This document shows, one piece after another, positions 1 to 13,595 of a stretch of 64,000 nt of DNA. Within the stretch, counting starts at the first letter, position 1. The number at the start of each line of letters is the position of its first letter. Source of the stretch: Octopus sinensis (Eukaryota); assembly GCF_006345805.1 (NCBI RefSeq), contig NC_042998.1, positions 114,390,001-114,454,000 on the forward strand, given 5' to 3'. A program made the translations under genes and the position numbers. The notes under the pieces are model-generated. The model did no database searches and was not told the origin of the DNA. It saw only the letters and a program-made list of their open reading frames with translations.

Positions 1-89
1 ATATATATCAACTCAAGAAAGGTGGAAGTCAAAATTAACAACAGCAGGATTTGAAATCAGAACGTAAAGAGTCATAACTAAATATTGGT

Positions 90-740
90 TTTAAATTTGG
101 CACAAGACAAACACTTTGGGGGAAGGGGTGAAGTCGATTACATTGATCCCAGTGTTCAACTGATATTTATTCTATGGCCTCCGAAAGGGATGAAAAACAA
201 AATCGATCTCGACGGCATTTGTACTCAGAACGTAAAGACGGACGAAATACCGATAAGCATTTTGCGCGGGGTGATTCGACCAATTCACAATGATAATAAT
301 AATAAAAATTCTTCCTACTATAAGCACAAAACCTGGAATTTTGAGGAAGGGTGGTTGGTCGATTTCACTGGTGCTAAATTTATCGACTCCGAAAGGATGA
401 CAGGCAAAGTCGACCTCGGCGAAATTGGAACTCAGAACATGAAGATAGATGAAATACCACAAAGCATTTCGTCCAGCGTACTAGCAATTCTACTAGCTCA
501 CCGCCTTCTATAATGATAACAATAATGCTTTAAAATTTTGCCACAAGAGCAAACATTTTGGGGAGGAGATGAGTCGATTTCATCGACCCCATTGTTGAAC
601 GGGTACTTATTTTACCGACCCCGCAAGGACAGAAGGTTAAGTCGACCTCGGCTGAATTTGAACTCAGATCATAGCGACAGGCGAAATACCACCAAGAATT
701 TTCCCGGCGTGCTAACTATTCTTCCAGCTCGTCCCCTTCT
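90..740 (-). mobile_element. Three head-to-tail decayed copies of a tRNA-derived SINE (family A)
   Basis: Each matches the reverse complement of the repeat seen best at 50191-50672 (gtcgattacat.gaccccagtg...ggatgaaaggcaaagtcgacctcggcggaatttgaactcagaacgtaaagacggacgaaatacc). The 142-aa ORF 85..513 is a chance read-through of these copies. Confidence 0.8.
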
Positions 741-1348
741 ATTATGATAACAATAATACCAATATTAACTAAGGGCAGTGAAATAGTTGTTTTGTTGTTA
801 TTACTATTAGTGTCATTATATTATATGTCTCAGTTACCTGTTTCATTAAATGTTCAATATTAAAGATAGCAACATATAAATAAAGATAACCCTGAAATAA
901 GCCATGACAAGCCCGCCTACGTCTGGTGCTTCAATATTCAATAACAGCGAGCTGCCAGCTCTATCAAGACACTTGCCGTCACCCCTGTATGGCTATTGTT
1001 GCAGCAAGTGTCAGAGTTGGCACATACCGACCTCTGATTCATCTCTTAACAATAGCTTCCAGTCAATGGCTCAAATCGACCTTGGCTCTGCGGACGGACA
1101 CACACAGATTCATGTCTGCGCGCGCGCGTACTTACTCACGCGCACACACAAACAATCATACAAAGATGCACACGTATTTGAACACTCACATGTACAAACA
1201 AAAAAATAACACACTCACACTGAACTTCACAGCACACACGCACATACACGCAATGCATACATGTGTGTTTATATATATATATATATATACACACACACAA
1301 CACACACACACACCAACACACATCTCTATATATAATATATATATATAT

Positions 1349-1380
<32 letters not shown>

Positions 1381-1649
1381 ATATCCACATATAAATATAT
1401 ATATATATGTGCGGCGAATGCATACATGTACATAGATATACACACACTATGTCTCTCCCTTTTTCGCTCTGTGTGGTGTGTATAATTTGAATATATATAT
1501 ATATTCAAATTAAAGATGAGAAATCATATAGGTATGACAATGGAAAAGCATTACGATATATATATATTTATAATAAATTATTAGAGAGTTATCCACTATG
1601 TGGATAACTCTAGTGCTAAAAATAGCTCCGAAGCAACCACAGAAGATCT

Positions 1650-2695
1650 GTTTCCAGATGCATCTGGACACATCTGCATTGATGTGCCTGGTATCATTGG
1701 GAGTTTCGGGTCTTTCAACATAATACACCCTCCTCCAGGTGACCCAGCTAGAGCTGATCAGGCCCCAATTTGTGTCCAGATGGCCAGCTAGCTACCCCAT
1801 GACTCTTCTCTTTTGATCCACAACCATCTTGAGGCCCTCTCTGCCGCTTCGGTGATACTGCGGATGGCCTTCCTTCTTCCCACTCCCTCGATGCCAAAAC
1901 TGCTGAAGGCTCAAGTCAGGGAACGGGCTGCGAAACCTCTGCATCCAGCCTCCACTGGAAGACACCTCATGCTCTAACAAGCCTGCTGGCAGTCACTGAC
2001 CAGATCCGCATACTTGGAGAGCTTTCTCTCAAAAGCTTCTTCCAGGCGATCTTCCTATAAGACAGTCAGCTCCAGCAGCACCACTTGCTTAGTGGACTCA
2101 GACACGAGGACAATGTCTAGTCGCAGAGTGGTGACCGCAATGTGGTCAGGGAACATCAACTGACGCTCAAGATCCACCAGCAGCTGCCAGTCTCCTGCAG
2201 ATGTTAAGATGCTCGCCGATGTTTTTCTGGCAGGGGTTGACTGTTCTCCAGCTCTGACAAGGGCGATGGTTTTCTTGCATGGCCGGAACCCCTGCGCCGA
2301 TGGCTTCAGCGATGATCTTAAGGACTGGTAATACCTCCAGCGGTACCGTCCTTCTACAAGGGCCTCCGTGTAGCAGCTGAGGATATGTTCTAGAGTTCCT
2401 CGCTTGGAACACAACGCGCATTTGGTGTCTCTGTTATTCCCCATATATGCAGGTTTGATTGTCCTGCAAGCACATCGTACACTGCCTGTATCAGAAATTT
2501 AATTCGGTGAGGCTCGGCTTTCCACAGCTCAGCCCAAGTCACTTTCCTCTCACCCGCATCTTGTCCAAGCCCTGTTCCTTCATTCTCACTGCCCTGCATG
2601 TTCTCATTTCCTCCACTGCAGCTCTCACCTCCTGAACGAGCCAGCGACTCTCTTTCCCGCTGGCGTTCGTTTGGGGAGTCGGAAAAGAGCCTAGC
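1650..2695 (-). mobile_element. 3' fragment of a HERO-like (R2-superfamily, RLE) non-LTR retrotransposon, frameshifted
   Basis: Minus-strand peptides VTWAELWKAEPHRIKFLIQAVYDVL, CALCSKRGTLEHILSC (CCHC-type knuckle), DWQLLVDLERQLMFPDHIAVTTLRLDIVLVSESTKQVVLLELTV (RLE PD..D-ExK region); also KKAIRSITEAAERASRWLWIKR near 1800-1870 and a short 3' UTR. Confidence 0.8.
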
Positions 2696-3059
2696 CCTGT
2701 TCTGCCTCGTGTATATATATATTTATATATATGTATATATTATATATATATATAAATACATACATACATACATACATACATACAAATACAAACAACACAC
2801 ACACAACACATATATAATATATATATATATATATAATATATATATGTATATATATATATATTATATATGTACATACATACATATATACATACATACATAT
2901 ATATATATATATATTATATATATATATATATAGTATGTATGTATGTATGTAGTATGTATGATGTATGTATGTATGTATGGCGTCAACGGTTATGAAACCT
3001 GCATGCTCTTATGTTCCCACTCTCAACAAGGTACATTCTCTCAAAAGCCAGCAGGTAAT

Positions 3060-3440
3060 GTTATCGAGTGTTTTCTACCCCTGTCTTCGAGGTTCCTGAT
3101 TGTCACCAAGTTCTTTAAGACTATTTTTCTAATATGATACCCATTATACGGAGCTTATGTTGAGAATCTTTCTGGGAATCATTGCGATATTTCTTAGAAT
3201 TTGGATGCTTGTCATTGCGTGTACATAAGACAACTTTAGCATTCTTCTAAGGAACCACATCTCTGAAGCACTGAAAGCTTTTGCATTTGTTCGGTGATGG
3301 TCTGCCATATATAATAATGGATTTATGAGATTATGAAAACAGTTCCCCGCTCTTATTGATAGCTGTTTATTTGACAATATATGTCGGATATCATCATAAG
3401 CATTCCTGGCAAATGTAATACTTAATTCAGTTTATGCGAT
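3060..3440 (-). mobile_element. Decayed 3' fragment of an RTE-clade LINE
   Basis: Minus peptide KAFSASEMWFLRRMLKLSYV resembles the RTE post-RT motif (EAFEMWFLRRMLRISW). Confidence 0.6.
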
Positions 3441-3714
3441 GTATTTTCCATGCGCGCGCTGGCACACACACACACACAAACACAGATAGGTGTATGAGAG
3501 AGAGAGAGAGAAACAGACAAAGAAGAAAAGTAGTTTGGTTGATAAATACAGTTAGCCTTGAGACAAGGATCACAGCATTCAGATTATAAAACAAACACAG
3601 CGGATATATATATACATATTATATATATTAATATATATATATCATATATATACTTATATATATATATAATTATATAAGTGTGTGTATATACTTATATATA
3701 TACTGATATATACT

Positions 3715-3930
3715 TATTTAAAATCAGCAGAAATATAACAAAAGCTGTTACTCAGAGTTTCACGTTCGTTGGACAGTTTTGTTAAAAACTGTCCGACGAG
3801 AACGGGAACGTGAAACTCTAGAGTACCAGCTTTTGTTATATTTCTGCTGCTTTTAAATAAAGCAATTACTCTACTCTGGGTATTTGAGTACTCTTCTTAC
3901 ACCTTGTTTCACATTTATGTGTTACTCCGT
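3715..3930. mobile_element. Foldback element (inverted duplication, 3715-3859) with unique 3' extension, Penelope-terminus-like, embedded in (TA)n; carries a variant hammerhead motif
   Basis: cagcagaaatataacaaaagctg (3725-3747) is the exact reverse complement of 3827-3849; inner arms agagtttcacgttc/gaacgtgaaactct and cgttggacagtttt/aaaactgtccgacg; TA-rich flanks. Confidence 0.7.
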
Positions 3931-3937
3931 TATATAT

Positions 3938-3984
<47 letters not shown>

Positions 3985-4625
3985 ATATATTATATTATAT
4001 ATATATATTATATATATACATATTATATATACATATATTTATATATATAATGAAAATCATTACGTAATGTTTTCATGAAAAAGCCACTTTCTTTATTTCA
4101 TAATCGTATTTTTTGCTCCATGTAAATTTATGTCTCAAGACAATCTGTATTTATTACCTTACTACTTCCATAACAGCTTAATTTGGATTACAGTTACAGC
4201 GACTTTGATGCCGTGGACCGGTCCTGGATGACCAAATTGGAATTTAAGTTCACATTCATTTAAGCACTACTTTATGTTATCTCTATTGAAGTTATTTTAC
4301 TCTTACCTTACTCATTCTTTCTCTCACATGTCTGTCTGTCTGTCAGTCAGTCTATCTGTCTCTACATACATACATTACATGTATCTGATCACAGCCAAGA
4401 TATTATACGAGCATCCAAAGATGTTGACCATGCAGCACAGTTGGCTTTCTTGGACTCGAGTGACTACCATTATATGTATTGTGCATACGCGTTTGTATGT
4501 GTATGCGTGCGTGTGTGCCAGCGTGTGTGTATGTTTGAATGTGTGCATTTGTGTGTGGGTGTGTGAGTTTGTGTGTGTGTCTATCTCCGTGCGTGTACGC
4601 GTGTCTTATATGTAAGTATTATGTA

Positions 4626-4805
4626 AAGCGGTGAGCTGGTAGAATCGTTTGCACACTGGTCGAAATACTTGGCGGTATTTCGTCTGTCTACATGTTCTGA
4701 GTTCAAATTTCGGGGTCGATAAATTAAGTACCAGTGAAACACTGGAGTTGATGTAATCGACTAGTCCCCACCCGATCAATTTCAGGCCTTGTGGCTTTAG
4801 TAGAC
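4626..4805 (+). mobile_element. tRNA-derived SINE family A, internally deleted
   Basis: Head gcggtgagctggtagaatcgtt (A-box-like) and gagttcaaatttc (B-box-like), core gtcgataaattaagtaccagt, tail caggccttgtgg. Confidence 0.8.
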
Positions 4806-6350
4806 TGGATATGTATGCAGTAAAGAAATAGGTATTTCAGTAGTAAAGAAATAGGATATGTATGCATTATGCACTATTGTTTTACAGCTGGCCAGCCGTC
4901 ATCGAAACAATTGTAAGATGAACCAAATGTTTTTCAGTCGTGTCAATCCCGTCAGTATTTCAGACAGAAATTATCAAGTCCTATATTATCCAGGGTGCTC
5001 TTCACCTTAATGGATATTCAGTTGATGTTTCTAGCATATGAATTCTTGCACACAGGCGATCCGTTCATTCTTGGCTTGATACTATAATAATTAGTGAGTT
5101 GGTATTTTATAGACATATATCTACTTATGAACATCTGGATGAAGGATTACGATTATCAACAAATATGTAGCTATTTTTTTATTTTTATCTTTGGTAATTT
5201 CAATCTTATTATATACAATATTATATATATTTGACGTATGCAATAAGGGTCTTTAATTTTCTAGCGCAAATTATGTGAATAAATAAATGAACATATAATT
5301 ATACGAATAAATGTAATTATATATTCGTTTATTTATTTATAAATGTAAGAATATGACATAAACCAATATAAAATAATTTTCAACTATGTACTTTGCTTAT
5401 TTTCAGCGGAAATTAATCTGGAAGTAATTTCGAATGTTTTATCAATCCGCTCAATTTGTGTAGTAGCACACAACGTTGAAACACATATTCATTCAAATAT
5501 ACTCACTCGCGTACATACTCATATACATATATAAAGAGACAGACACATGTAAGCATGCATACATATATAAACATACTCAGACACTCCTTGCATCAGCACC
5601 GCACGTAAACGGACACATAGAAATATGCTTTTTTTTTTCTTTTGACATACATTTGTTAATATAGACACGTTAAATTTCTCCCATGCACGTAAACAGAGCA
5701 CAACAAGCAAGCTCTTCAGGAGGACACACACACACACACACACACACACTCACCACACCACATACACACAAATGCATACATATTCTTGTACACAAATACA
5801 TATACAATTACAAAACATATTCATACACACCTACGCTTGCAGAGAACGGACACATACATATATACACACACATGTATATACATACATACATACATACAAA
5901 CATACATACAAACATGCATACATACATACATAATACATACATACATACATACATACATACATACATACATACATACATACACACACACACGTATATATAT
6001 ATATACATATATCTATCTACATATCTATCTACATATATATACATATATATATATATAAATACACATGCTTACATATATACGTACACACATATATATAGGT
6101 TTGTGTGTGTCTGTGTGTATGTGCATGTGAGTGTGTGCATGTGTGTGCGTGTATGTGTATCTTCGCAAACACTCATTTCTCTTTGACTCACATTTTCAAA
6201 CTCAACTGAAACATACAAAACTTCGATGAATTCCAGCTCAGTAAACGCATCAACACGAGCGAATTCTTCATCATATATTCTCTCTCTCTCACACAAACGA
6301 ACACACACACCAATATATATGTTATATATATCCATATATATTATGTATAC

Positions 6351-6392
<42 letters not shown>

Positions 6393-7806
6393 TCGCACAC
6401 ACGCACGCTCACAAACATACAGATGTACACGTACATTTTGGCGCACAAACAGAGATTTTAGCTCTTGGATGAGAGGCTGATGTCTAAAGCAATAAGCATT
6501 GATTTGTTACAAACTAAATAGATATATTTGCTCACTGTTTATAGCAAAGATATCACAGGATTTTGATTTAAGAGAAACGACCACAAATGAAGAGATAGAG
6601 AGAAACAGTGTGCATAAAAGGCAGAGAGAAAGAGAGAGACAAAGATTGCCAAAGAGAGTGAGGGAAATAGAGGGAGAGAGGGAAAGAGAGAGGGAGGAAG
6701 AGAGAAACAGGTAGAGAGAAAGAGAGAGAGAGAGAGAGAGGAGCATAATGTAGGGGTGTTGATAGAGAAGAAGAGTAGAAATATTTATATAATTACGGAT
6801 TTCGGGATATAATTCAATTAATTGTTCAGGAGAGCTAATACTATTAATTTCAACTTCAGTCACCTGTCTACCTTTTAAGGAAGCTACTTCACGTGACCAT
6901 AGAGTGTCTGTCATAAAATCAACATGTTGCAATGACGTCAAGACTTAAGCAGAAAACGCCACAACAAGCTATCACTTGAATTGAAGAGCAGCTCTGTGAT
7001 ATCTAGTTTCCTTAATCACTTGTTACAGTTGATAGTTTCAACAAAAGATGAGTGCTATTAATGGCGGACAGCGAATAGCGAATGTGTCAACGCCATTGGT
7101 TTCCTGTTCTACATTATAAACATCAGTGTGTGGCTTGTTAAGTCACGTTACAATTCATTAGTTCACTTCAGCTTTTAACAGGTATTAACACATGTACAAA
7201 TAAACCAGATGCGCGATGTTAGAAGGAATTTAATTTCCATTGCCAATGAGAGACTGTTTCTGTTATCCCACACGCACAAACATGTACATAAACATGCGCA
7301 AACACACGCAGACAAACACACAAACACACACACGTGTACACACATACGTGGACATACTTCCACACTCGGAAGCATACACACACACACACACACACGCACA
7401 TGCACACACACACACGCACACACGCACACATATATGCATATTCACAATATTGATACATTCATTCGAAGACACACAATCGCTAATGAAATCACTCATATAA
7501 ACATGTATATACGTATACAAACATACTTTCTCACACTTAAAAAGATATAGACACGCATATATATATGTATATATATATACACATATACATGCAAGGATAT
7601 GCGTAAGCACAGACACATTCGAAGACACGTGATCCCGAACCAAATCACCCTCATAATTATGTATACGTATGTACAGATGTACATCCACTCACTTAGGGAC
7701 ACACAGTCACATACCACATATAACCACTCATAAACACATTCACAGATACAGAAACACACATATGTATATATATATGTATGTAATGATGTATATATATATA
7801 TGTGTG

Positions 7807-7856
<50 letters not shown>

Positions 7857-9621
7857 CATACACGCGTATAAGCACACGATAAACACATAAGCACACAAAC
7901 AGGCATTTATAAGCACACAATCACACGTATCCACGTACACAAGCAGCTACGAACAGCTAGATGTTGATACAATGCGATTGAAAACTTATGCTGCTAGACA
8001 CCAATATAATTTGACTGATTGATGCTTCTCTAGTTGAATAGATAATGCTGAACTTCGTAAAGAAAATAAACCCTCGGTGTATTGAAGCCTCTGTGAAGTT
8101 TTGATTCCTGCTAGAAATGTATTCAGTGCTCCTTTACATCATTAGGTCGACTGGGGGAAAATAAGGGGGCAATGCAGAGCAAGCAATTGCACGATTGATT
8201 GCTTGAGAGACCTACTAGAAATAGCAGCTAGGCCTCTTTCAAATCACATCCTTTCGTCTCAAAAGATGAACGAACCGATGAGCTGGATAATGTAGTCCCA
8301 TATACTACTTCTGGACACCCGCACCCACACAAAAAAAGACTGTTCATTGGTGGAATGCCTCTAGCAATAAGTCTGTCTCATCGGGGCTCATAAGGATCTA
8401 AGAAAACAATAAATCCAGCGATGTAATTTGTATCTAAGTGTTCCCTTTCCCACCAAGTCTCACTGAAATCACAGTCCATTTTCAGCAAAAAGGACACACA
8501 TTAGATAATGTAATCCTGGATAATTATCTCTGGATAACTTTCTGATAGAAATAAGAGCCAAATTTGAACGCCAGAACAACTTATCACCTAAAACTATAGA
8601 AGTTCCTGCTGAGACAAAAGTGACGTATAAGAATGTGGAGCTTGCCAAAGAGAAGTAGACAGTTGTTTAGTATGCATAAATGGCTTTAAATGAATATATA
8701 ATGTGGAGATTCAGTTTCTTAATAAACATATCAAAGCCTGCGAAGAAATCTCTGGGAAGTATTTCAATCGGCTAGAAACAGCAGCCAAATTTCCCTTAAA
8801 TCCTATCCTACCGTATCAAAAAAAACCAAAACAAAAAAAAAACGGGACATTGAATAATGTCATACTTGACAGATTAAGCATGAATAAAAAAGACAGGATG
8901 CACATAGAAGTACAGATAGGGAGTGTATTGAGAAAGTGAAACTATGTTATGTAGAGAGGCGGGGCGTATAAAAGGCTATGATATGAAAAGAATTGATATA
9001 GGTTTGGTGTGTACGGAAGCAGTGCAGGTGTCGTGTATATCGAAGCATCAGGTTCGTGGGAGCAATACAAGTTTCTTTAGATGATGCGTTTTTGATGAAA
9101 GTTGAAGTAGGGTGAAAGAAGATAGTTTCGTATACGTGAGGCAGCTTAGAAATAATAAAGTAAAAGTCATAACTGTATAGAACTGACCCGAACCTTTCAA
9201 TTATGGCAGGATTCATAGATTGATAGTCAAAGACAACTATCATTTCTCATTTCGATGGAACCACCTGACAGCGATATTCCTCTCTAAGAGATCAGAGAGA
9301 GAACCAGCACTCTTAACTGAGCTATGTTATGAATTCTCATGCTATACATAGTCGGAGGTTTTGTTGATTTCAAGGACGACAGCATTGCATTCTCCAGAGT
9401 GATAAAAAAGTTTGTCTGGCTCTATAAAAACTGTAATTTTAGTTGGTGAGAAGGGAAGCATAAGTAGCGGAAAGTCGAGTAACAGAGAATGAACTAGCAA
9501 CGGTTAGGCAGTGAGTTCGGTGCTCTAACTCCAAAAACTGGCTGTGATTCCAATGAAATGATTACGTATTTTGCATAAGGATTTGCCATAGTTGACGGAA
9601 CTGACTCTGGCATATTCATGG

Positions 9622-10012
9622 TTTCTAATTTTGGCACAAGGTCAGCAATTTTAGAGGAAGTGGTAAGTCGCTTACAACAATTCCATTGCTCAGCAGCTAC
9701 TTATTTAATCTATTTGGAAAAGATAAAGGAGAAGGTTGACTCCGGCTATATTTGGATTCAAAACGCAATGAGTTGGGAAAAATGCTGCTAAGCATCTTAT
9801 CCGAGATTCAAACAAGCCTGCCATCTCGCCACTTTACTCTAGTATATTTATCCTCTCTACCATATAGGCATAAGACCTAAGATGTTGAGGCAGGAGGCTA
9901 GTCGATTACATCGATTCCGAAAGCGTACTTTTGAGCACAGAATGTAAAAACGGACGAAATGCCGCTAAGCATTTTGTCCGACGTACCAACAATTCTGTCA
10001 GCTCACCGCCTT
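9622..10012 (-). mobile_element. Two decayed family A SINE copies
   Basis: ttttggcacaaggtcagcaatttt...aaggttgact..., and gaatgtaaaaacggacgaaatgccgctaagcattttgtccgacgtaccaacaattctgtcagctcaccgcc. Confidence 0.65.
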
Positions 10013-10640
10013 ACCTTAACTTATCAATGCCATGCTAGAGATGAGGTCTCTATATTATCCCCTGAAATCACTGAAATTATAACCTAAATGCTTCTCGGAT
10101 CGCATCCTACCGCCTTTAGAAACAGAAATGACTCATGGCATAGTGAGGGAGCAGATTCACTATATTTGTAAAGAGATAAGACAGAGGTACCCATGGCCGC
10201 AATGTTTGGGTCATTTATCGTCTGATCAATCATGGCTGATTTACAGCCAAACAACAACAACAAAAACAACAAGTATTTATTTTATAAAGTCAACCTGACC
10301 GTGATTTGATCCCACAACATAAAGAGAAGCAAATTAATACTGCGTACAGTTAACGTCACTACTCTATATTGTCTTCTCTTCTCTGGGGAAATTTATGAAA
10401 TGATCAAATGAGACAATAGATATCTGATATAAATACAAGCAAGTATATGTTTCAGATTGTTTTCTTAATTTTCTTTCTGACTGATTATCTTATATTTTTC
10501 AGCATCTTCAGTATTCGAAACGTTTCAAAATAATGATATTAAATTAGATTTGAACAGAAATATTTGTCGAATATTTCATGTTGTGTTCATTTCACTTACT
10601 TCTGTTATATATTTCTTTCTCTTTTCTCTATTCTTCTAAT

Positions 10641-10853
10641 CTACAGATTAGTAGGAACGTATTTCACATATAATGCATTATGGGAACGATAACAGTTACA
10701 ACCAGAACGAATAATCAGACGAGAAATTCTACTAACACGTTTGATGGCGGCAGATTGTTTTAGGACAGACAACAACGGAGTATCACCTGGGAGTACATTC
10801 TTGCATCTGTGATGTAATAATCTTCTATCAGAGAATAAAGATTCTATTAACAA
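10641..10853 (-). CDS. Possible exon with weak ankyrin-like motif (unidentified)
   Basis: 70-codon open frame in unique sequence: LLHHRCKNVLPGDTPLLSVLKQ...ISRLIIRSGCN loosely fits the ankyrin pattern (G-x-TPL ... LL-x-x-G); spacing is imperfect and splice sites are ambiguous. Confidence 0.2.
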   Translation of the reverse strand: MLIESLFSDRRLLHHRCKNVLPGDTPLLSVLKQSAAIKRVSRISRLIIRSGCNCYRSHNALYVKYVPTNL

Positions 10854-12679
10854 TCTCCAATAAAATATGTTTTACATTATCGTGGGTACTGTTTGGAGTC
10901 ATTTGAAACTTGAAACAAAAAACCTGTTTGTCTTTTATTTTTCAGCAGTGATTTCAACAAAACAAGAATCTGATTTCTTTTCCAAATCAAAGCTTTTGAA
11001 ATATCTGGCATTTTGTTATTTTTGTTGTCGTTTAACTCAAGGTCAGCCCTGACCCATCAGACATATGATTAAGAGCATTGCAGTCGTGATCATTGCAACA
11101 TCGGGTATCTCGCAGTGTAGTAACTATTGATTTCTCTTTTTTTTTTTTCAAAAGGTAGGTATGATTTGATTGAAATTTGGCTGCTATTTCGAGCATATAG
11201 AGGTTACTTTGCATGTCTTAATGTTTTCTATAATGCAAAGAGCATGAAAGTAGTTTTATAAGATACAGATATATTATGGTAAATTTACTAACACACTCAT
11301 GCGTTACACAAACCAACAAGGGAACCAATTTACTCCTAAACATGAACAGCATTCAAATGGAACTAATGCTAGATTTTAGTGTTAAAGATTGAACTTTCTT
11401 CTTTACAGAGCCAGAAAATATTTCAGCATTCAAAGCAAATAGTAAATGTTTAAAACTCTGGAAAGAGCCACAATAGTGTAAAGTTTCCTTATCAGGGTTA
11501 TGTTGCTACTTATAAACTGAGACCGTCGGGATCGCATCCATATAAGATGATTGGTATGAAGCCACTCACCAACCTCGGTCTTACAAACTTGCTATCATTA
11601 GTCTCTCCAACTGTCTTATTGTTACTACAACGGCTTCTCCTACTCATCAGACCAAGCAGATCTGTCATCACTACACAAACATTTCCAATTCATTTATTTG
11701 TCTCTCTTTTATGCAAATTAGTTATATTCGAGTTTATGTATATCATAAAAAGGTACCGGCAACTATTTTCTCTATGGTGACAAAAATGGGTAACCGAACT
11801 TGAACGATATAGTGAAAAGGGCCACAACTAGTGAGACCGAACTGTTTTTTTTTTCCTTTTTTGTTCTAGTGCCTAAAACTTATGACTGAAAAACAGTCTC
11901 TTCATTGCAAAACGAGACTAAAAACTGTTTACTTTCTAAAGGTGCACCATGTAATACGTCGTTTTGATTTAGTCATTAGACTGTGGTCATGGTCGAGCAC
12001 CGCCTATTAACATTTTATATTATTTTTCTTTAGAATTTGATAGAAGGAATTTGAAAAAGTTTTCAAAAAAAAAAAAAAATTCCGAAGTAAAATAGATCAA
12101 TGATAAGAAAAAAATAGATCAATGCGAAGTAAAATAGATCAATGCTTTGCACAGAACAAGTGAACAAAAAAACAAATGAACTAATGGGGGAGTAACTACG
12201 TAGTCATTCGATCTGTTACAATTGACAGCCTAATCTCTCTGCGATACCAGAATATTATCTACAAGAACAAAAAAAAACAAAAAAAAAAACAGAAATTAGA
12301 AAATGTAGTCCTTGATATACTGAAAATATTACAGAATCTTTTTGATCCAGATTAACATGTGGTTAAGCACGAATAAAACAGCAACAATGAACAAGAAAAT
12401 AAAAGATATTCATTCACACACCATTTGCATTAACAACAAAGCAAACAGACACAATATTACTAAGTTAATATTAACGTAGGGGATTATTAAAGACCGGTAG
12501 CTAGAAATAAATAGGTGGCGTTCATTTCACAACCAATTAAGAACCGCAATTTGGAGTCATGTAACTATCTTGGGTGTCATTGCACGCCACAGTTGGAAAA
12601 ACTCTCTTTTATTATAGCTTCAGGGTGGCCTGTGCCTTGTAAGGAGAAGTCGTTTAGGGAAAATGATTAGCATTCATTT

Positions 12680-12680
<1 letters not shown>

Positions 12681-12745
<65 letters not shown>
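12681..12745. repeat. (TCTA)n microsatellite
   Basis: Direct inspection; a second array lies at about 63737-63812. Confidence 0.95.
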
Positions 12746-12746
<1 letters not shown>

Positions 12747-13212
12747 GTATATATGTGCGTGTGTGCGCGCGCATATGTTTGTTTGCGTGCTTGTGTGTAT
12801 TTATATACAGGTATTTATTATAGCTAGCCTACTACATAAGTATTTTTAGTTAGCTAATGAACACCTTCTGCATTTACTATGTTAACTCGAACACTAGAGA
12901 ATTTTTGTTGCCGTCAACTTTATTTCTTCGACGGTTTAAGTAAACAGGTATTATTCTCAACAATTTACTCATTCAAATAATTCAAAATTTATTAGTAATT
13001 TTGGTGAAGAAAAACCACTTGAGTCTTACGGTAAGTGTAAGATCTCCATGGACAAACCATATTTTCAAATAAAATATAGAAAATGTCACTTTTCTCTAAA
13101 TTCATAGAAATGTTTTCATTTTAATGTAATTACAGAAATAAGAAAGGAAATTTTCATTTTACTTGACATTGTTGAACTATTCTCTGCATGTACTAACAAA
13201 AAAGAGCATACT

Positions 13213-13214
<2 letters not shown>

Positions 13215-13244
<30 letters not shown>

Positions 13245-13429
13245 ATATATATATGTATACACACATATATATATATATATACATACGTACATACATGCAT
13301 ATATATATAGATACATACGTTATATATAAATACACAAATACATACACATACGCACACATACATAAATACACACACATACACATACACACATATATATACA
13401 CACGTACCTATTATATACGTATATATGTT

Positions 13430-13465
<36 letters not shown>

Positions 13466-13505
13466 TGTATATATATATATATATATATACATGTATATAT
13501 ATATA

Positions 13506-13558
<53 letters not shown>

Positions 13559-13595
13559 TATATATACATATAGATATAGATATTTATATATATGA
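13215..13595. repeat. Compound (TA)n/(CA)n microsatellite tract, representative of many (e.g. 1270-1510, 15320-15540, 15880-16000, 16660-17050, 32210-32460, 54015-54200, 60085-60385, 61495-61660)
   Basis: Direct inspection; these tracts generate the IY/YI/HT/VC-rich ORFs in the track. Confidence 0.95.

Noticed and set aside
6507-6941. 144-aa minus ORF with protein-like first 60 residues
   Set aside because: Remainder is (CT)n microsatellite; no convincing splice sites or family motif.
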